From positions 1 to 64,000 of the IMG/VR virus record IMGVR_UViG_3300029267_002727: a stretch of DNA of 64,000 nucleotides; one strand, written 5' to 3'. The DNA is from a virus. The notes under the pieces are model-generated. The model was not told the DNA's origin and ran no database searches. It saw only the letters and a list, made by a program, of their open reading frames with translations. This document shows, piece by piece, positions 1-10,300 of this stretch; the stretch's first letter is position 1, and each line of letters begins with the position of its first letter. The position numbers and the translations under genes were made by a program.

Positions 1-2691
1 GGCGTCGCTCTGGTGATTGTGCACAGCGTCGGCCCATACCACGTCCCAGTCCAACTGCCCGCCCGAGTCCGCAGCATGAGTGTGGGCCTCGTCGTGATGA
101 TCGTCTGTGCCCACGCCAGAGAGGTCGCTGTGAGCAACCTGCCCACCATCCCCCGCATCCCCAGTATGATCATGGTCCGGGACCGTTGAGAGGGCGTCGG
201 CGCCGCCATGGTCGTGCCTGGCGGAATGGTCACTGACATCCACTCCGTCTACGTCGCCTACGTTTGTAACCTCATTCGCACCCATATCCAAATTACCGGA
301 CATGGCTCGAGTGCCGTCCTCTAGGAGGTATTGTGTGTGATCGTCGTCCGTGAGGCCGCCCAGGTCTCCGTGGTCGGTTACGGGCACCCCTTCCAAGACC
401 GCGTTTGCGGGCCGGATATCCAGGAAGTCGGCGTTCGAGATGTCTGTCTCGCCCTCCTGGAAGACGATCGCGGCGAGCGGAATGCAGCGCGCCAGGCCGG
501 GGGGAGTTACGGGGTTGTCCGCTGCTAGGGCCGCAGCTTTGTTGGCGAACGTCTCAATGGGGTAGATGTAGTTGATTTTGTTCAGGGACCAGTAGAACAT
601 CCCCCGTACCCACTGGTTGTTAGGAATGGGGATCAGGCCGGTCCCGTCGTCCGGGTCGTCGTAATTCGCCGTGTCCACGTCGTTCGCGGACCCAGAATCC
701 CATGCGTCCGCCGCGTCGTGGAAGTGGGTTCGCATTGCGGTGTCCTTGCTGTTAGACGCGGCATGGGAACTGATGGTGTGGCCACCGATCACGAACACGA
801 TTGCGGTCATGACGACATCCAGGTCGCTTGCAGGATCAGAGGTGTAAGCAGACACGATGCCACCACTGATCACGCGCACCGGGAACATAAGCTCAAGGGC
901 AAAGGACACAGAGTATAGTCGGTCGTCTGCATCCTCGTCGTTCACCACGCCAACTATATCATCATCTTGCGCGCAGACTATGGCAACCAGCACCTGGTCG
1001 CTGTCTGTTGGCTGCGTCGTGGAGACCTGGAGAGTGTCGTGAGACACACCCTCGTCAAAATAGATGTAGTTGGGGGAGTTGTTGGTCATGGCCTGCGCGG
1101 CAGCCGAGTTGATCGAGTATACTGTGTTGTTGTAGTAAACTGTCCCGCTAGTCCAGTCCACATTCAGGCCGCCAGCATCCGTAACAACGCATCCTGTAGC
1201 GAGGCCCGGACTCCGACGCTCATACCTGATGTGGTCGTCATCGTTCAGGCCAAGAAGGTCGCCGTGTTCTAGGTGCGATATCCCCCAGAAGTCGCTCACG
1301 TCGGATGCGCCAGCACAACCTGCCGCGCCAGAGATCCACACCATGACATCCCCAGCAGATGGAGTTTCGTTATCCACGCAATTGCCGCGGATCCCCTTCA
1401 CGGTGACAGCGCCGCCGGCCGCTACTTCTGCGTCCTGAGAGGCTGCAACGCTCTGCCAGGCCGCCCCGCTATCCACTAGGATGTGGCCTGCCGTCCCGGC
1501 TGCCGGGACACTCCCGGAGCCTCCCCCGGCACCCCCGCCTATGCCACACCAGTATGTGCCATCATAGATCAATAGTAGGTGGTCATCTGCGTCGTCCAGA
1601 GAGACGTTTGCGGCCCCCTGAAACCAGATATTGTCCTGGTTGTGGCGCACGACTACTGTGCGGGCACTGTCGGCAGCCTTGATGATCAGCAGGTTTCCAA
1701 GCACGCCCCCGTTGATCGTGTCCAGGTTGTCAGTGGCCGCATCCCCGTTAGTGTCGATAGAATGATACAGTTGGGTCCTGGTGACCGCGCCAGCGGCGTC
1801 AATAGTAAGTTCTGTAAAGTCTTCTGCTTCGAGCTCTTTGATCTGGCGCAGGTCCTGGCCACCCTCCGCGTCGGAGGAGTGGTCGTGCACTGCGTCACTC
1901 CAGATGTCGTCCCAGTCGAGCTGGTCACCCTCACCGGCGCCACTATGGTCATGGTCTGGTAAAACGGTTCCGTCTGCCAGGTCCTGTAGCGCCCCCTCCA
2001 CATCATTTCCGGCAAAGTGCCCGCCTGCATCCTCGATGCCGATCATGGAGGCGCCCTCTCCGTTCGCAGTAGAGGCGAGCTCTGTTTCGGTGCGGTAGCG
2101 GCCGTCCCAGGTTACGCTAGTGTTGTCTGTCCAGGACGACCAGGCAGAATACATTACATCGTTGTCGCCGAGCCACCGGATAGCCCGAACCCGAAAATAG
2201 TACTGAGTTGGGTTGCCGGTATCGGTGTCTGCGTCTACTATCGGATACCGATAGTATGACCCGCGAGTGACCAGGGCGTCGGTCGCGCCGGAGGCGTCGG
2301 CCGAGGAGTTCGATTGCACCTGCCAGCAAATATCCTCGCCGGGGTAGGTATCCCACTGTACCCACAAGGCGCCAGGTACGGCCTTGACTGCCAAGTTGTT
2401 AGGTGGCGCGAGTATGCCGCGGTGGGACATGCGCGCCTTGAGCTCTTGTGATATCTTAGCCACGGCTATCACGCGTGCCAGGCGTTCGACGCGCGCTACC
2501 AGAACCTCGTCGCCCACATCGAGGTCTACGCATGACCGGGTGCGCTGGCACACCGTGCCACCGCTTAGACGTACAGACACCGTGCGGGACCCGCGAGAGT
2601 CCATGGCGATGACAGTCCCCACGTCGAACAGGGACGGAGACTCCTGCCTGATCATTTTACGTATGACATTTACGTCTTGGGCATTAAGCAT
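1..2691 (-). CDS. Tail fibre / receptor-binding protein (partial, runs off the window; >=897 aa; absent from the ORF track)
   Basis: Manual translation from ATG at 2691 (MLNAQDVNVIRK...) is open to position 1. It has an FN3-like segment (LAPPNNLAV...YYFRVRAIRW..YSAWSSW), repeated HxH motifs and a DHGDLGGLTDDDHTQYL motif typical of trimeric fibres. It is the last gene of the tail module. Confidence 0.8.
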   Translation of the reverse strand, partial: MLNAQDVNVIRKMIRQESPSLFDVGTVIAMDSRGSRTVSVRLSGGTVCQRTRSCVDLDVGDEVLVARVERLARVIAVAKISQELKARMSHRGILAPPNNLAVKAVPGALWVQWDTYPGEDICWQVQSNSSADASGATDALVTRGSYYRYPIVDADTDTGNPTQYYFRVRAIRWLGDNDVMYSAWSSWTDNTSVTWDGRYRTETELASTANGEGASMIGIEDAGGHFAGNDVEGALQDLADGTVLPDHDHSGAGEGDQLDWDDIWSDAVHDHSSDAEGGQDLRQIKELEAEDFTELTIDAAGAVTRTQLYHSIDTNGDAATDNLDTINGGVLGNLLIIKAADSARTVVVRHNQDNIWFQGAANVSLDDADDHLLLIYDGTYWCGIGGGAGGGSGSVPAAGTAGHILVDSGAAWQSVAASQDAEVAAGGAVTVKGIRGNCVDNETPSAGDVMVWISGAAGCAGASDVSDFWGISHLEHGDLLGLNDDDHIRYERRSPGLATGCVVTDAGGLNVDWTSGTVYYNNTVYSINSAAAQAMTNNSPNYIYFDEGVSHDTLQVSTTQPTDSDQVLVAIVCAQDDDIVGVVNDEDADDRLYSVSFALELMFPVRVISGGIVSAYTSDPASDLDVVMTAIVFVIGGHTISSHAASNSKDTAMRTHFHDAADAWDSGSANDVDTANYDDPDDGTGLIPIPNNQWVRGMFYWSLNKINYIYPIETFANKAAALAADNPVTPPGLARCIPLAAIVFQEGETDISNADFLDIRPANAVLEGVPVTDHGDLGGLTDDDHTQYLLEDGTRAMSGNLDMGANEVTNVGDVDGVDVSDHSARHDHGGADALSTVPDHDHTGDAGDGGQVAHSDLSGVGTDDHHDEAHTHAADSGGQLDWDVVWADAVHNHQSDA

Positions 2692-3886
2692 TTAGACACT
2701 CTCTAGTCTGCAAGATCGATCTAAGCACATAGACGATATCGTTTTCCCGAGCAACGCGGTATGATATAACGCTGACACGCCAATTGGTGCTGCCGTAGGT
2801 GATTATATCCTCTGGCTCTAACACAGGATTTGGGGCCATGTTGAACGTGTAGGCGTGTGCGTCCTCATACACCTGCTTGTGGCGCCGGGACGCCCGCGCA
2901 GACGTTTCGCTCTCAGAGAGGGCGTTTGGATCCGACTCGACGGCGAATATGTGTCCCTGCGTGGCCTCAGAAGTGCGAAAGTTCTCGATCTCATGCAGCG
3001 CTCCCACTAGCCGCAGGTGGGTCGGCGGGTAGATCTGGAGGCTCTCTGACACGGTAACCGGCCGATCAGAAGGAACTGTCCAGTCGGAGTCCGTGCCGGC
3101 CTCTCGCCATACCTTAACCGATCCGTCGTAGCGGGCCTGCGCCCGGATCTTGTCATGCCCCGCCACTCGGCCATACCCGGCCGACACGGCCTCTCCCGGG
3201 TCCACCGAGGCCCACTCTATCAACTGGTGTAATTGCGGCACTACCAGGCCATTGAAGGTGATCGTGTCGGATCCGTATACAGCGAACCCGAGGAGCGCGC
3301 CCCCATGGTCCTCGTCGTACTCCATCGTGTGCGTGAGAAGGTGCTTGTCGTCAAACCAAAGCATCACAGAGGCGTCGTCGATCGTGTCTATTGAACTGTA
3401 CCGGCGCGGCCATACAGCCACGGTGACGGCGGCCGCCCCGGTCTCCGCCATTGGCAAGCTGACAAGTACTGTCTCGACCCCCAAGTCAAGCTGCGACACC
3501 CCAACCGCGGTAGAAGTCCACCATATCATATATCCATCGTATGCCGAGTCGCAGTTGAAGAGAAATGCGCCCCGGTCACCAGTCTTCGTGAACGACGCAA
3601 CAAATCCCACGCTCGTTGCCGTGCGATACCTGACTTTGTACCACTGTGCGGCACCACCCCCAACCCCGTACAGAAGACCGCCGCTTGTGTACCAGGTGCC
3701 TTCTGCCCCCTCTAGGCTTACAACGGACGGCGTGGATGTATCGACGTCGAAGGCCTCGTTGATCCATGTCGCGAACTCCACATCATGGATCCCAGCGAAT
3801 GCCAGGCAGCGCTGGATCCCCACCTCCTGGGTGGTGGGCAGTCGGTCGTCATGGCATTGAAGTCCCTTGTATTTCGAGTTACTCAT
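2684..3886 (-). CDS. Minor tail protein (400 aa)
   Basis: Long ORF between tail tip genes with overlapping stop/start junctions; beta-rich composition. Confidence 0.6.
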   Translation of the reverse strand: MSNSKYKGLQCHDDRLPTTQEVGIQRCLAFAGIHDVEFATWINEAFDVDTSTPSVVSLEGAEGTWYTSGGLLYGVGGGAAQWYKVRYRTATSVGFVASFTKTGDRGAFLFNCDSAYDGYMIWWTSTAVGVSQLDLGVETVLVSLPMAETGAAAVTVAVWPRRYSSIDTIDDASVMLWFDDKHLLTHTMEYDEDHGGALLGFAVYGSDTITFNGLVVPQLHQLIEWASVDPGEAVSAGYGRVAGHDKIRAQARYDGSVKVWREAGTDSDWTVPSDRPVTVSESLQIYPPTHLRLVGALHEIENFRTSEATQGHIFAVESDPNALSESETSARASRRHKQVYEDAHAYTFNMAPNPVLEPEDIITYGSTNWRVSVISYRVARENDIVYVLRSILQTRECLNA

Positions 3887-6800
3887 GCTTGATATACTGA
3901 ATCGGCGCTGCCGACCCCCTCGCGGATCCGTCTACCCCCATCCAATTTACGTTGATTGCCGTTGCCCAATCCCCCGTTCGGTCATAGAAATTAGTGAATC
4001 GGTCATTTGTCCATACGATGACATTGCGCTCTGGATTGACTGTAATGTTGTATAGTGTTCTCGTTGCCCAGGCGACCTCGTTGGCATTCTGGCGTGTAAA
4101 GATCGCGCGCCCTGACCCCATACCGGAATGCCCAAACACGGTGCCCGCTGCCGCCACGCTAGTCGTCCCAGTCCCAAGATACAAATCCCCGTCATTATGA
4201 TACAGCAACAAACCACCAAGTGCATCTACTCCATGTTCGCCGGTGCCGCCCCCGGTTGGCGTAACTACCAAGGAGGCCGGGTTATAGCCAGAGTAGATAT
4301 AGCCGTTCCATGTTTGTACAAACCCCTTGCATACAGCACGTACCACCTGCCCGTCACTATGTCCGCTACTCACCCAGTCTGTGTACGTACCCGCCGACCA
4401 TAACAGCCCGTCCGCGCACCCGCCTGCATAACAGCCAAACCTCGGCACGCCATCCTCTGCGTATGCGGCGTAGCCGCAGCCTGTATTCCTAACCGTGACA
4501 TTGCAGACGCTGGCGCTATATGCTGCAAACCTGGTGTAACTTAACCCCCCGGCTGTTCCAGAGAAGTAGCCACACAGCACATAATTGAAGTTTGCCCAGC
4601 CTATGTATACGGTGCCATCTGGTCCAATGTCCAGGGCCCCGAATGTGCCGCTCCCATCATCGCCCGTCGCTGCGGCGCGCCCGGCCGCCGTGCTCATGAT
4701 TTGCGTCCATCTAATTGGGCTTGCCTCTATATCTACTGTGTAGTACACACCGTCAGACGTTGTGCACCAGGCCTGCTGCGACGGCCCAAGTGCGATGCGA
4801 TAGAGGGTCCCGGACAGTCCGCTGCTAATGTTTTCCCAGTTCGCGTCCTCATCCACATCGAAGAAATTCGAGCTCCTGCCAACATACGTTTGGTCGTACA
4901 GAATCATGCCGTATTCGTGCTCTACGCCGGGCACCGGCCAGGGGATCGGATCCCATGATGGCCAATCATCGGCATCAGAGTAGCTGTATCCCACCAGGCC
5001 GAACTTTCCAGTCCACGCACCGATAAACTCGCTCTCTGGCGACAGGACGCCGTCTAACTCGCCATCTCCGCTGTCCCATGCCAGCGCGGTGTAGGTTATA
5101 CCGTCCGTGCTTGTGTAGACATAGATCATCCCGTAGTGCACACGAGCCCAAATGTAGTACCAATTTGACCCGTCGATGGTCCAGCCCATGGCGGCAGAGG
5201 CGGCCAGGGTTGTCTCTATGCCGCCAGCCATCTTTTTTAAGCGGATCACGTCGTCGTCTGCGTAGTAGGACGCGTGAAAGAAATTGTCCTTATCATAAAT
5301 GTGAAATGCTACACCGGCATACTCTTCTTTGTCGGTGTAGTTAAGCTGAAACCCGGTGCGCGCAGACCCACTGAGCGCATTAGACACAAACGTGCTCACA
5401 GCTAGGGCCTGCATATTCGCAGAAACGAGGTCGCACTCCCCACCGGATGCCTTCCAGGATCCCAGGTACGGCGCCGTGTGCCGCAGCCCCCCGTATCCCG
5501 TACCAGTAGGGTCATTATAGGCGTCACGGCCGGCTTGCTGCCCGGGCCATTCTGCTGCGAAGTCGGACCTGATACGATTGAGCCTGCTCAGTCTGTCGCT
5601 GGTGGCCAGCTTGAGTTGGCGCTGCGGCATTTGCAGTGTGTCCTGCCACTGTACCAGATCCTCGGTAGACGTCTGTACCTGCAATGCGGACCCAGAGTAG
5701 TACCCCAGATGATATACAGCCTCAACGCGGTCCTCTGTCTTGGCAAGCGTACCGCTTAGTACGTCTGCCGGATTGGAGAGCGCCACGCTCGTGTTACGAA
5801 TGTTAGCCGCGTTTGACTCAAGTCCAATGACGTAGTCAGTGACATCCGTTGCTGTCGGAGACTGGCCAGCCCACGTTGTCATGGGGCTGCGCTTCGTCTC
5901 ATTCACACCCACGACATACAAATAGTCGTTGTCACGTGGCAGGATCACACAGGGAGACGCCTCACCCTCGATAAACTCCGGGAACTCCCAGTTGTCGCCA
6001 TCCATTGATCTCATGACGGCGGTCTTTGTGTAAGTGTAATCCCCAGTGCCTCCCCGGCGCATGTACGTGCACCAGGCATAGCCTCCCTCAAATGAGAGCC
6101 TGAGATGCTGCCTGGATGGGTACACTTCGATATTGTCGATCACGTCCATGGCGTCATGGTCTGACCAGCGCCCCCCGGACTCCCAAAACCGGACGATGCC
6201 TTGTACTCTATTGACCACGGACGTTACTTGTGTTCCTACTGCCCTGGAGCTCAGGTACGGCGACATTTCTGCGGCAAACATGATCAGATCCTTGCCGCCC
6301 ACAGTTGCGGCATCCATGGCATAGATAGGGAATGGCCAATAGACGTCGCTGTCCGTATTGCTCCATGAGGCGCCAGAATACTCGTAGTAATGCAGTTTGT
6401 GGTTTGCGCTCGACGTCGAGGTGACGTAGTGTACCTTGGTGTGGGATGTCGCGGCGAGATGCTCGCAGTTTGTTGCGGCTCCGACATCGACCTCTGCCCC
6501 GAATACCGCGGGGGCTGCACCGATGCTGTCGCACTTTCTGTAACAGATTCTGTCGTTAGTATTGACGTAAAAGAGGTATACCTCACTCCCATTGGCAACA
6601 AGAGATGGCTTAACCTTATACTTGGCGCCCGTAAGCGTAATCGTCGCGGCTTGCCACGTGTAATCGGACCCAACTTCAGACTGTAATGTTTCCACGATAG
6701 TGCTAACGGTGGAATCCGAGACACAGGATACGTCAGCTTGCTCAGCACTGTACGCGCGTACAAGCCATGTAGACGCCTGGATGGCGTCAAACCAATCACC

Positions 6801-6938
6801 GCTACGGGATTCGGTATCATGGGACGACCAGACAGGCCCGCTTCGCTGGAGCTCTACTTTAATGGAGATGTCTCCAGTAGCAGCCTGTACCGCCGCGTAG
6901 TTCGCAGCGCTTAACCCGCTTTCGGCTTGAGTGATCAT
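3879..6938 (-). CDS. Large tail tip / host-specificity protein with Asp-box (beta-propeller) and lectin-like segments (1019 aa)
   Basis: Lies two genes after the TMP; Asp-box-like RSMDGDNW and TSTDGITY; W/Y/G-rich. Confidence 0.6.
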   Translation of the reverse strand: MITQAESGLSAANYAAVQAATGDISIKVELQRSGPVWSSHDTESRSGDWFDAIQASTWLVRAYSAEQADVSCVSDSTVSTIVETLQSEVGSDYTWQAATITLTGAKYKVKPSLVANGSEVYLFYVNTNDRICYRKCDSIGAAPAVFGAEVDVGAATNCEHLAATSHTKVHYVTSTSSANHKLHYYEYSGASWSNTDSDVYWPFPIYAMDAATVGGKDLIMFAAEMSPYLSSRAVGTQVTSVVNRVQGIVRFWESGGRWSDHDAMDVIDNIEVYPSRQHLRLSFEGGYAWCTYMRRGGTGDYTYTKTAVMRSMDGDNWEFPEFIEGEASPCVILPRDNDYLYVVGVNETKRSPMTTWAGQSPTATDVTDYVIGLESNAANIRNTSVALSNPADVLSGTLAKTEDRVEAVYHLGYYSGSALQVQTSTEDLVQWQDTLQMPQRQLKLATSDRLSRLNRIRSDFAAEWPGQQAGRDAYNDPTGTGYGGLRHTAPYLGSWKASGGECDLVSANMQALAVSTFVSNALSGSARTGFQLNYTDKEEYAGVAFHIYDKDNFFHASYYADDDVIRLKKMAGGIETTLAASAAMGWTIDGSNWYYIWARVHYGMIYVYTSTDGITYTALAWDSGDGELDGVLSPESEFIGAWTGKFGLVGYSYSDADDWPSWDPIPWPVPGVEHEYGMILYDQTYVGRSSNFFDVDEDANWENISSGLSGTLYRIALGPSQQAWCTTSDGVYYTVDIEASPIRWTQIMSTAAGRAAATGDDGSGTFGALDIGPDGTVYIGWANFNYVLCGYFSGTAGGLSYTRFAAYSASVCNVTVRNTGCGYAAYAEDGVPRFGCYAGGCADGLLWSAGTYTDWVSSGHSDGQVVRAVCKGFVQTWNGYIYSGYNPASLVVTPTGGGTGEHGVDALGGLLLYHNDGDLYLGTGTTSVAAAGTVFGHSGMGSGRAIFTRQNANEVAWATRTLYNITVNPERNVIVWTNDRFTNFYDRTGDWATAINVNWMGVDGSARGSAAPIQYIKHE

Positions 6939-7348
6939 GTTACAGTCGAGTCGTCAAGAATCTGAAATGTCACGTTCCAATACACGCCGGACGGGTCTAT
7001 GTTCACGATGCCGCCCCGGTCAATCGAGAGGTACCCGGTGACCATGTTGTCCGTGATGTTTACGTCGTCGTGATAGTTTGGGATGAAGTAGACCTGCTTA
7101 CCGATCAGCCCCCGAAGGGTGAGCATCTCTGTCAAAGACACGCGAACTGTAGCCTTGTCCTCCTCGAATTGGTACGGGTCTCCAGAGCCGTCCACGACAC
7201 GATGCACGTGCAACCTGCCAGTCACGCTACGCTCGGACACCAGTGGAACGGTGGGCGTGTGGTCCCACGAGTCATGTAACACGTGGTAGGTTGCCACGGG
7301 TGGGTTTACTGTGTCCAGGTAGCAAATATCTTGTATGCCGTATGCCAT
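6935..7348 (-). CDS. Putative distal tail (Dit-like) protein
   Basis: 137 aa, directly after the TMP; assigned by synteny only. Confidence 0.45.
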   Translation of the reverse strand: MAYGIQDICYLDTVNPPVATYHVLHDSWDHTPTVPLVSERSVTGRLHVHRVVDGSGDPYQFEEDKATVRVSLTEMLTLRGLIGKQVYFIPNYHDDVNITDNMVTGYLSIDRGGIVNIDPSGVYWNVTFQILDDSTVT

Positions 7349-10300
7349 TATCTGCCCCCAATCACGCCGCCGGTGGTATCCTGAGATCCAGGCGGGATGT
7401 TTTCGTAACCGGGTGGCCGGTAGTAGAGTGTGCTGTCATAGCTTGGCGTCGATGCGGCCGCGGCGCCCATTTTCGATAGCCAGTCAGACGCGAGAGAGTT
7501 TGCGCGAGTCAGAGCGGTAATCAGGTTCTGTGCAAACACCCGCTGGAGGGCCACTGCGTTCTCCAGGCTCTGGTTGACCGCCATCTGCACGGCATTGATC
7601 GCGCGGGTCTTCTCCTCGAGTTGCTTCTGCATGTCAAGCTGTTCACGCGCCATGTCGATGTTGAGGCGCGCCCCGTGCTCCCGGATATCCTGGAGCTCGT
7701 TCTCCAATGCCCTGCGTTGCTCGATGTAGCTTCTGTACCGGGACTGGTACTCGTCTTGCAGCTTGAACCGTTCTAGGAACTGTCGCTTCTCGCGCTCGAG
7801 ATCTTCCTTGGCCCACTGCTCCCGGACATCCAGGCGCTCGCCCTGCGTCTCGAGACGGCCCATCCCCATCGCGTACTGGATGGTTTGGCGGTCCTGCTGC
7901 TTCATGAGGGCCCTGCGCTCGCGCCCGGTGGCGTAGCGCATCTTCTCTTGGATGTCCTCCTGCCCCCAGGCGTATTGGAGGGTCTGTTGAGCCCCCTGGA
8001 AGGCCAGGTCCTCGCGCTGCCAACCAAACTGGACCGGCGTGCGCTCAGCCTTGACTTGCCAGTTCTCCATAAACTGGCTGAACTGAAGTTGGCGCTGCTG
8101 CTGCTGGTATTGCTGGGTGAAGTCCTCCCAGATCCGACCCAGGTTGCGGAGTTCTCGTTGGATAGCGAAGGAGCCGCGCGTCTCGAACCCCTCGAAGTTG
8201 CCGCCGAATTGGGAAACCTCGCCCCATTGCTGCTTGCGCTCTGCCTGAGCGAACTGGAAGTCCTTGTACTCGTACTGGAGGCCCAACTGCTCACGCTGAA
8301 GGCCCCGGAGACCCTCTTCCTGCACCAGGCCCGCGTACTCACCCATCCTGCCCACATCGACGCCGCTCGCAGGTCGGAACCCCTCCAGGAACCCGCCGTA
8401 CATCTCGGTGGTGCCCATCTTGAGGCCGCTCGATTCAGTGAGGGGGCGAAGCTCCTTGAACATCCCCTCTAGGGCACGTACACCAGAGGGGTCCGTATGA
8501 CGAATCTCGTCCATGAGCGCCGTGAACGGCTCTGCGATCTGGCCGGCGACGTCGAACTGCATGGCTCCAACCTGTGCCGTGCCGCCACCGACGTTCCCTG
8601 CTCCAATCAGGTTGAGCATTTGCTGGTCGCCCTGCATGAAGCGAGTAAAGTTCTGCATGGCTTCGATGTTGCCCCCGAACCCCTCAGTAATTCCGGCTCC
8701 AGTTAGGCCATATTGAGCCAGTTGGCCCTGGAGTCCCATTTGTGCCTGAAGGAGAGGCATCTGCTGAAGGCGCTGTTCCTCTACCGGGGCCGCCCCTTCT
8801 CCCAATTCCGGTTCGGCCGGCTCAAGGCCGAGCAGGCGCGCCTGTTGAGCTTGCGCCCCCCACTGGCCGAGTGCGGCCTGGCCCAGGGCATCCAGGCGCT
8901 CGAGTTCTGGCTCACCGCGCCCGGTGTACCAGCGCCCCTCTTCTTCGTCCCACATTCTCTGCTGGCGACCGAAAGCCATCTCGCGCACTTCTTCGCCTTC
9001 CATGCCGAATTGGGTGAGGGGTTGCCACTGCCGGGCTATCCATTCAGAGCGCTGTGCCTGGCCGGGAGACACCGCAAGCTGCTGGTCCATAACAGCCTGC
9101 CAGTTCGATGGGTCCATGCCCCACTGTTGCGCGACTTGTTGGAACTGTCCGGGCTGCATGCCGCGCATAGCCATCGCAGCAAACCTGGGATCTCTGTAGA
9201 CGTCTCGTATATTGGTCTCGTCGGGTGTAGCCTGCATCCAGGCCTGCGCCCCGGCCATCGCTTGCTCTGGCGCCATCCACTCGGGCGCGTAGAGGCGAGT
9301 AGCTTCTTGTACTGCTGCGAGGCGACCGGCGCCAGTCAGGCCTGCCAGTTCTCCCGATCTGAGTCGCTCTCCGTACGCTGTAAGTTCGACTGGCGGGCCC
9401 TGAGTCGCCCCCCTGGAAAGATTGGGGCGCGCCCCTGGCGCGTACCTGCGATCGGACATAGCCGCCAGTCTGTAGTCCCAGCCGGCTGACGGGCCCTGGG
9501 CAGCCGCGAGCGCCATCTTTTCCCTGTCGCCCATAGCCTGTTGTGAATAGCTTGTAGTGCCGTACAGGGCAGCCAGCGCCGCGATCGGTAGCCCAACGCC
9601 AGTGGCTGAGAGGCCGGCTATGCCGGCAAGGGAGCCACCCACCAGGCCGGCCCCGATCGCAGGTAGTCCAATGCCAGCGGCCTGCGCCAGTCCACCGCCA
9701 GTTACCCCCTGTTGCGCCCACCCCCATGCACCAAACGCAGCCTCGCCCACCTGCCCCTTAAACTGTTGCTGCTGGGCCTGGTAGGCCATAAGCTGCATGG
9801 CCATATCTCCGCTGGCGACTTGACCCATTGGCATCCCGACAGACGCCACCTGTGCGGCGGCCATTTCTTGCTGTGCGGCGATCGGTATCTGGCCCATGGC
9901 GTACCCGCCAGTCATACCCCACAGCCGCTTGAGACGCATAAGTTCCCAGCCGCTCGTTACCCCTCTGACCATCTTGTCTGCGCCGCGTAGCGGCCCCCAG
10001 GCCCCGAGGGCACCCTTCTGCCACTCCGGCGTTCCTGCTGGCGGGCCACCCCGACCGCCGTCCCCACCATCTCCTCCCGCCGCCAGGCGATTAAACTTGG
10101 CCTGCTGCATGAACTCGTCCATGCGGGCCAGGTTCTCCATTCCCGGGAGTACGTAGGTGCCACCCTCTTGCGCGGTCAGCGTTTCCCCGGCTCCCCGCAA
10201 CTCCCGCATTTCCGCACCCTGCCATGTTTGCCGCAACCCACGCTCGACGTTTTTCTTCCATTGGAGCGTCTGGTTGGTGAGCTCCTTCATCTCCTTGGTG

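Noticed and set aside
1-6938. Diversity-generating retroelement targeting the fibre
   Set aside because: No reverse transcriptase and no adenine-specific TR/VR pair were seen in the window.
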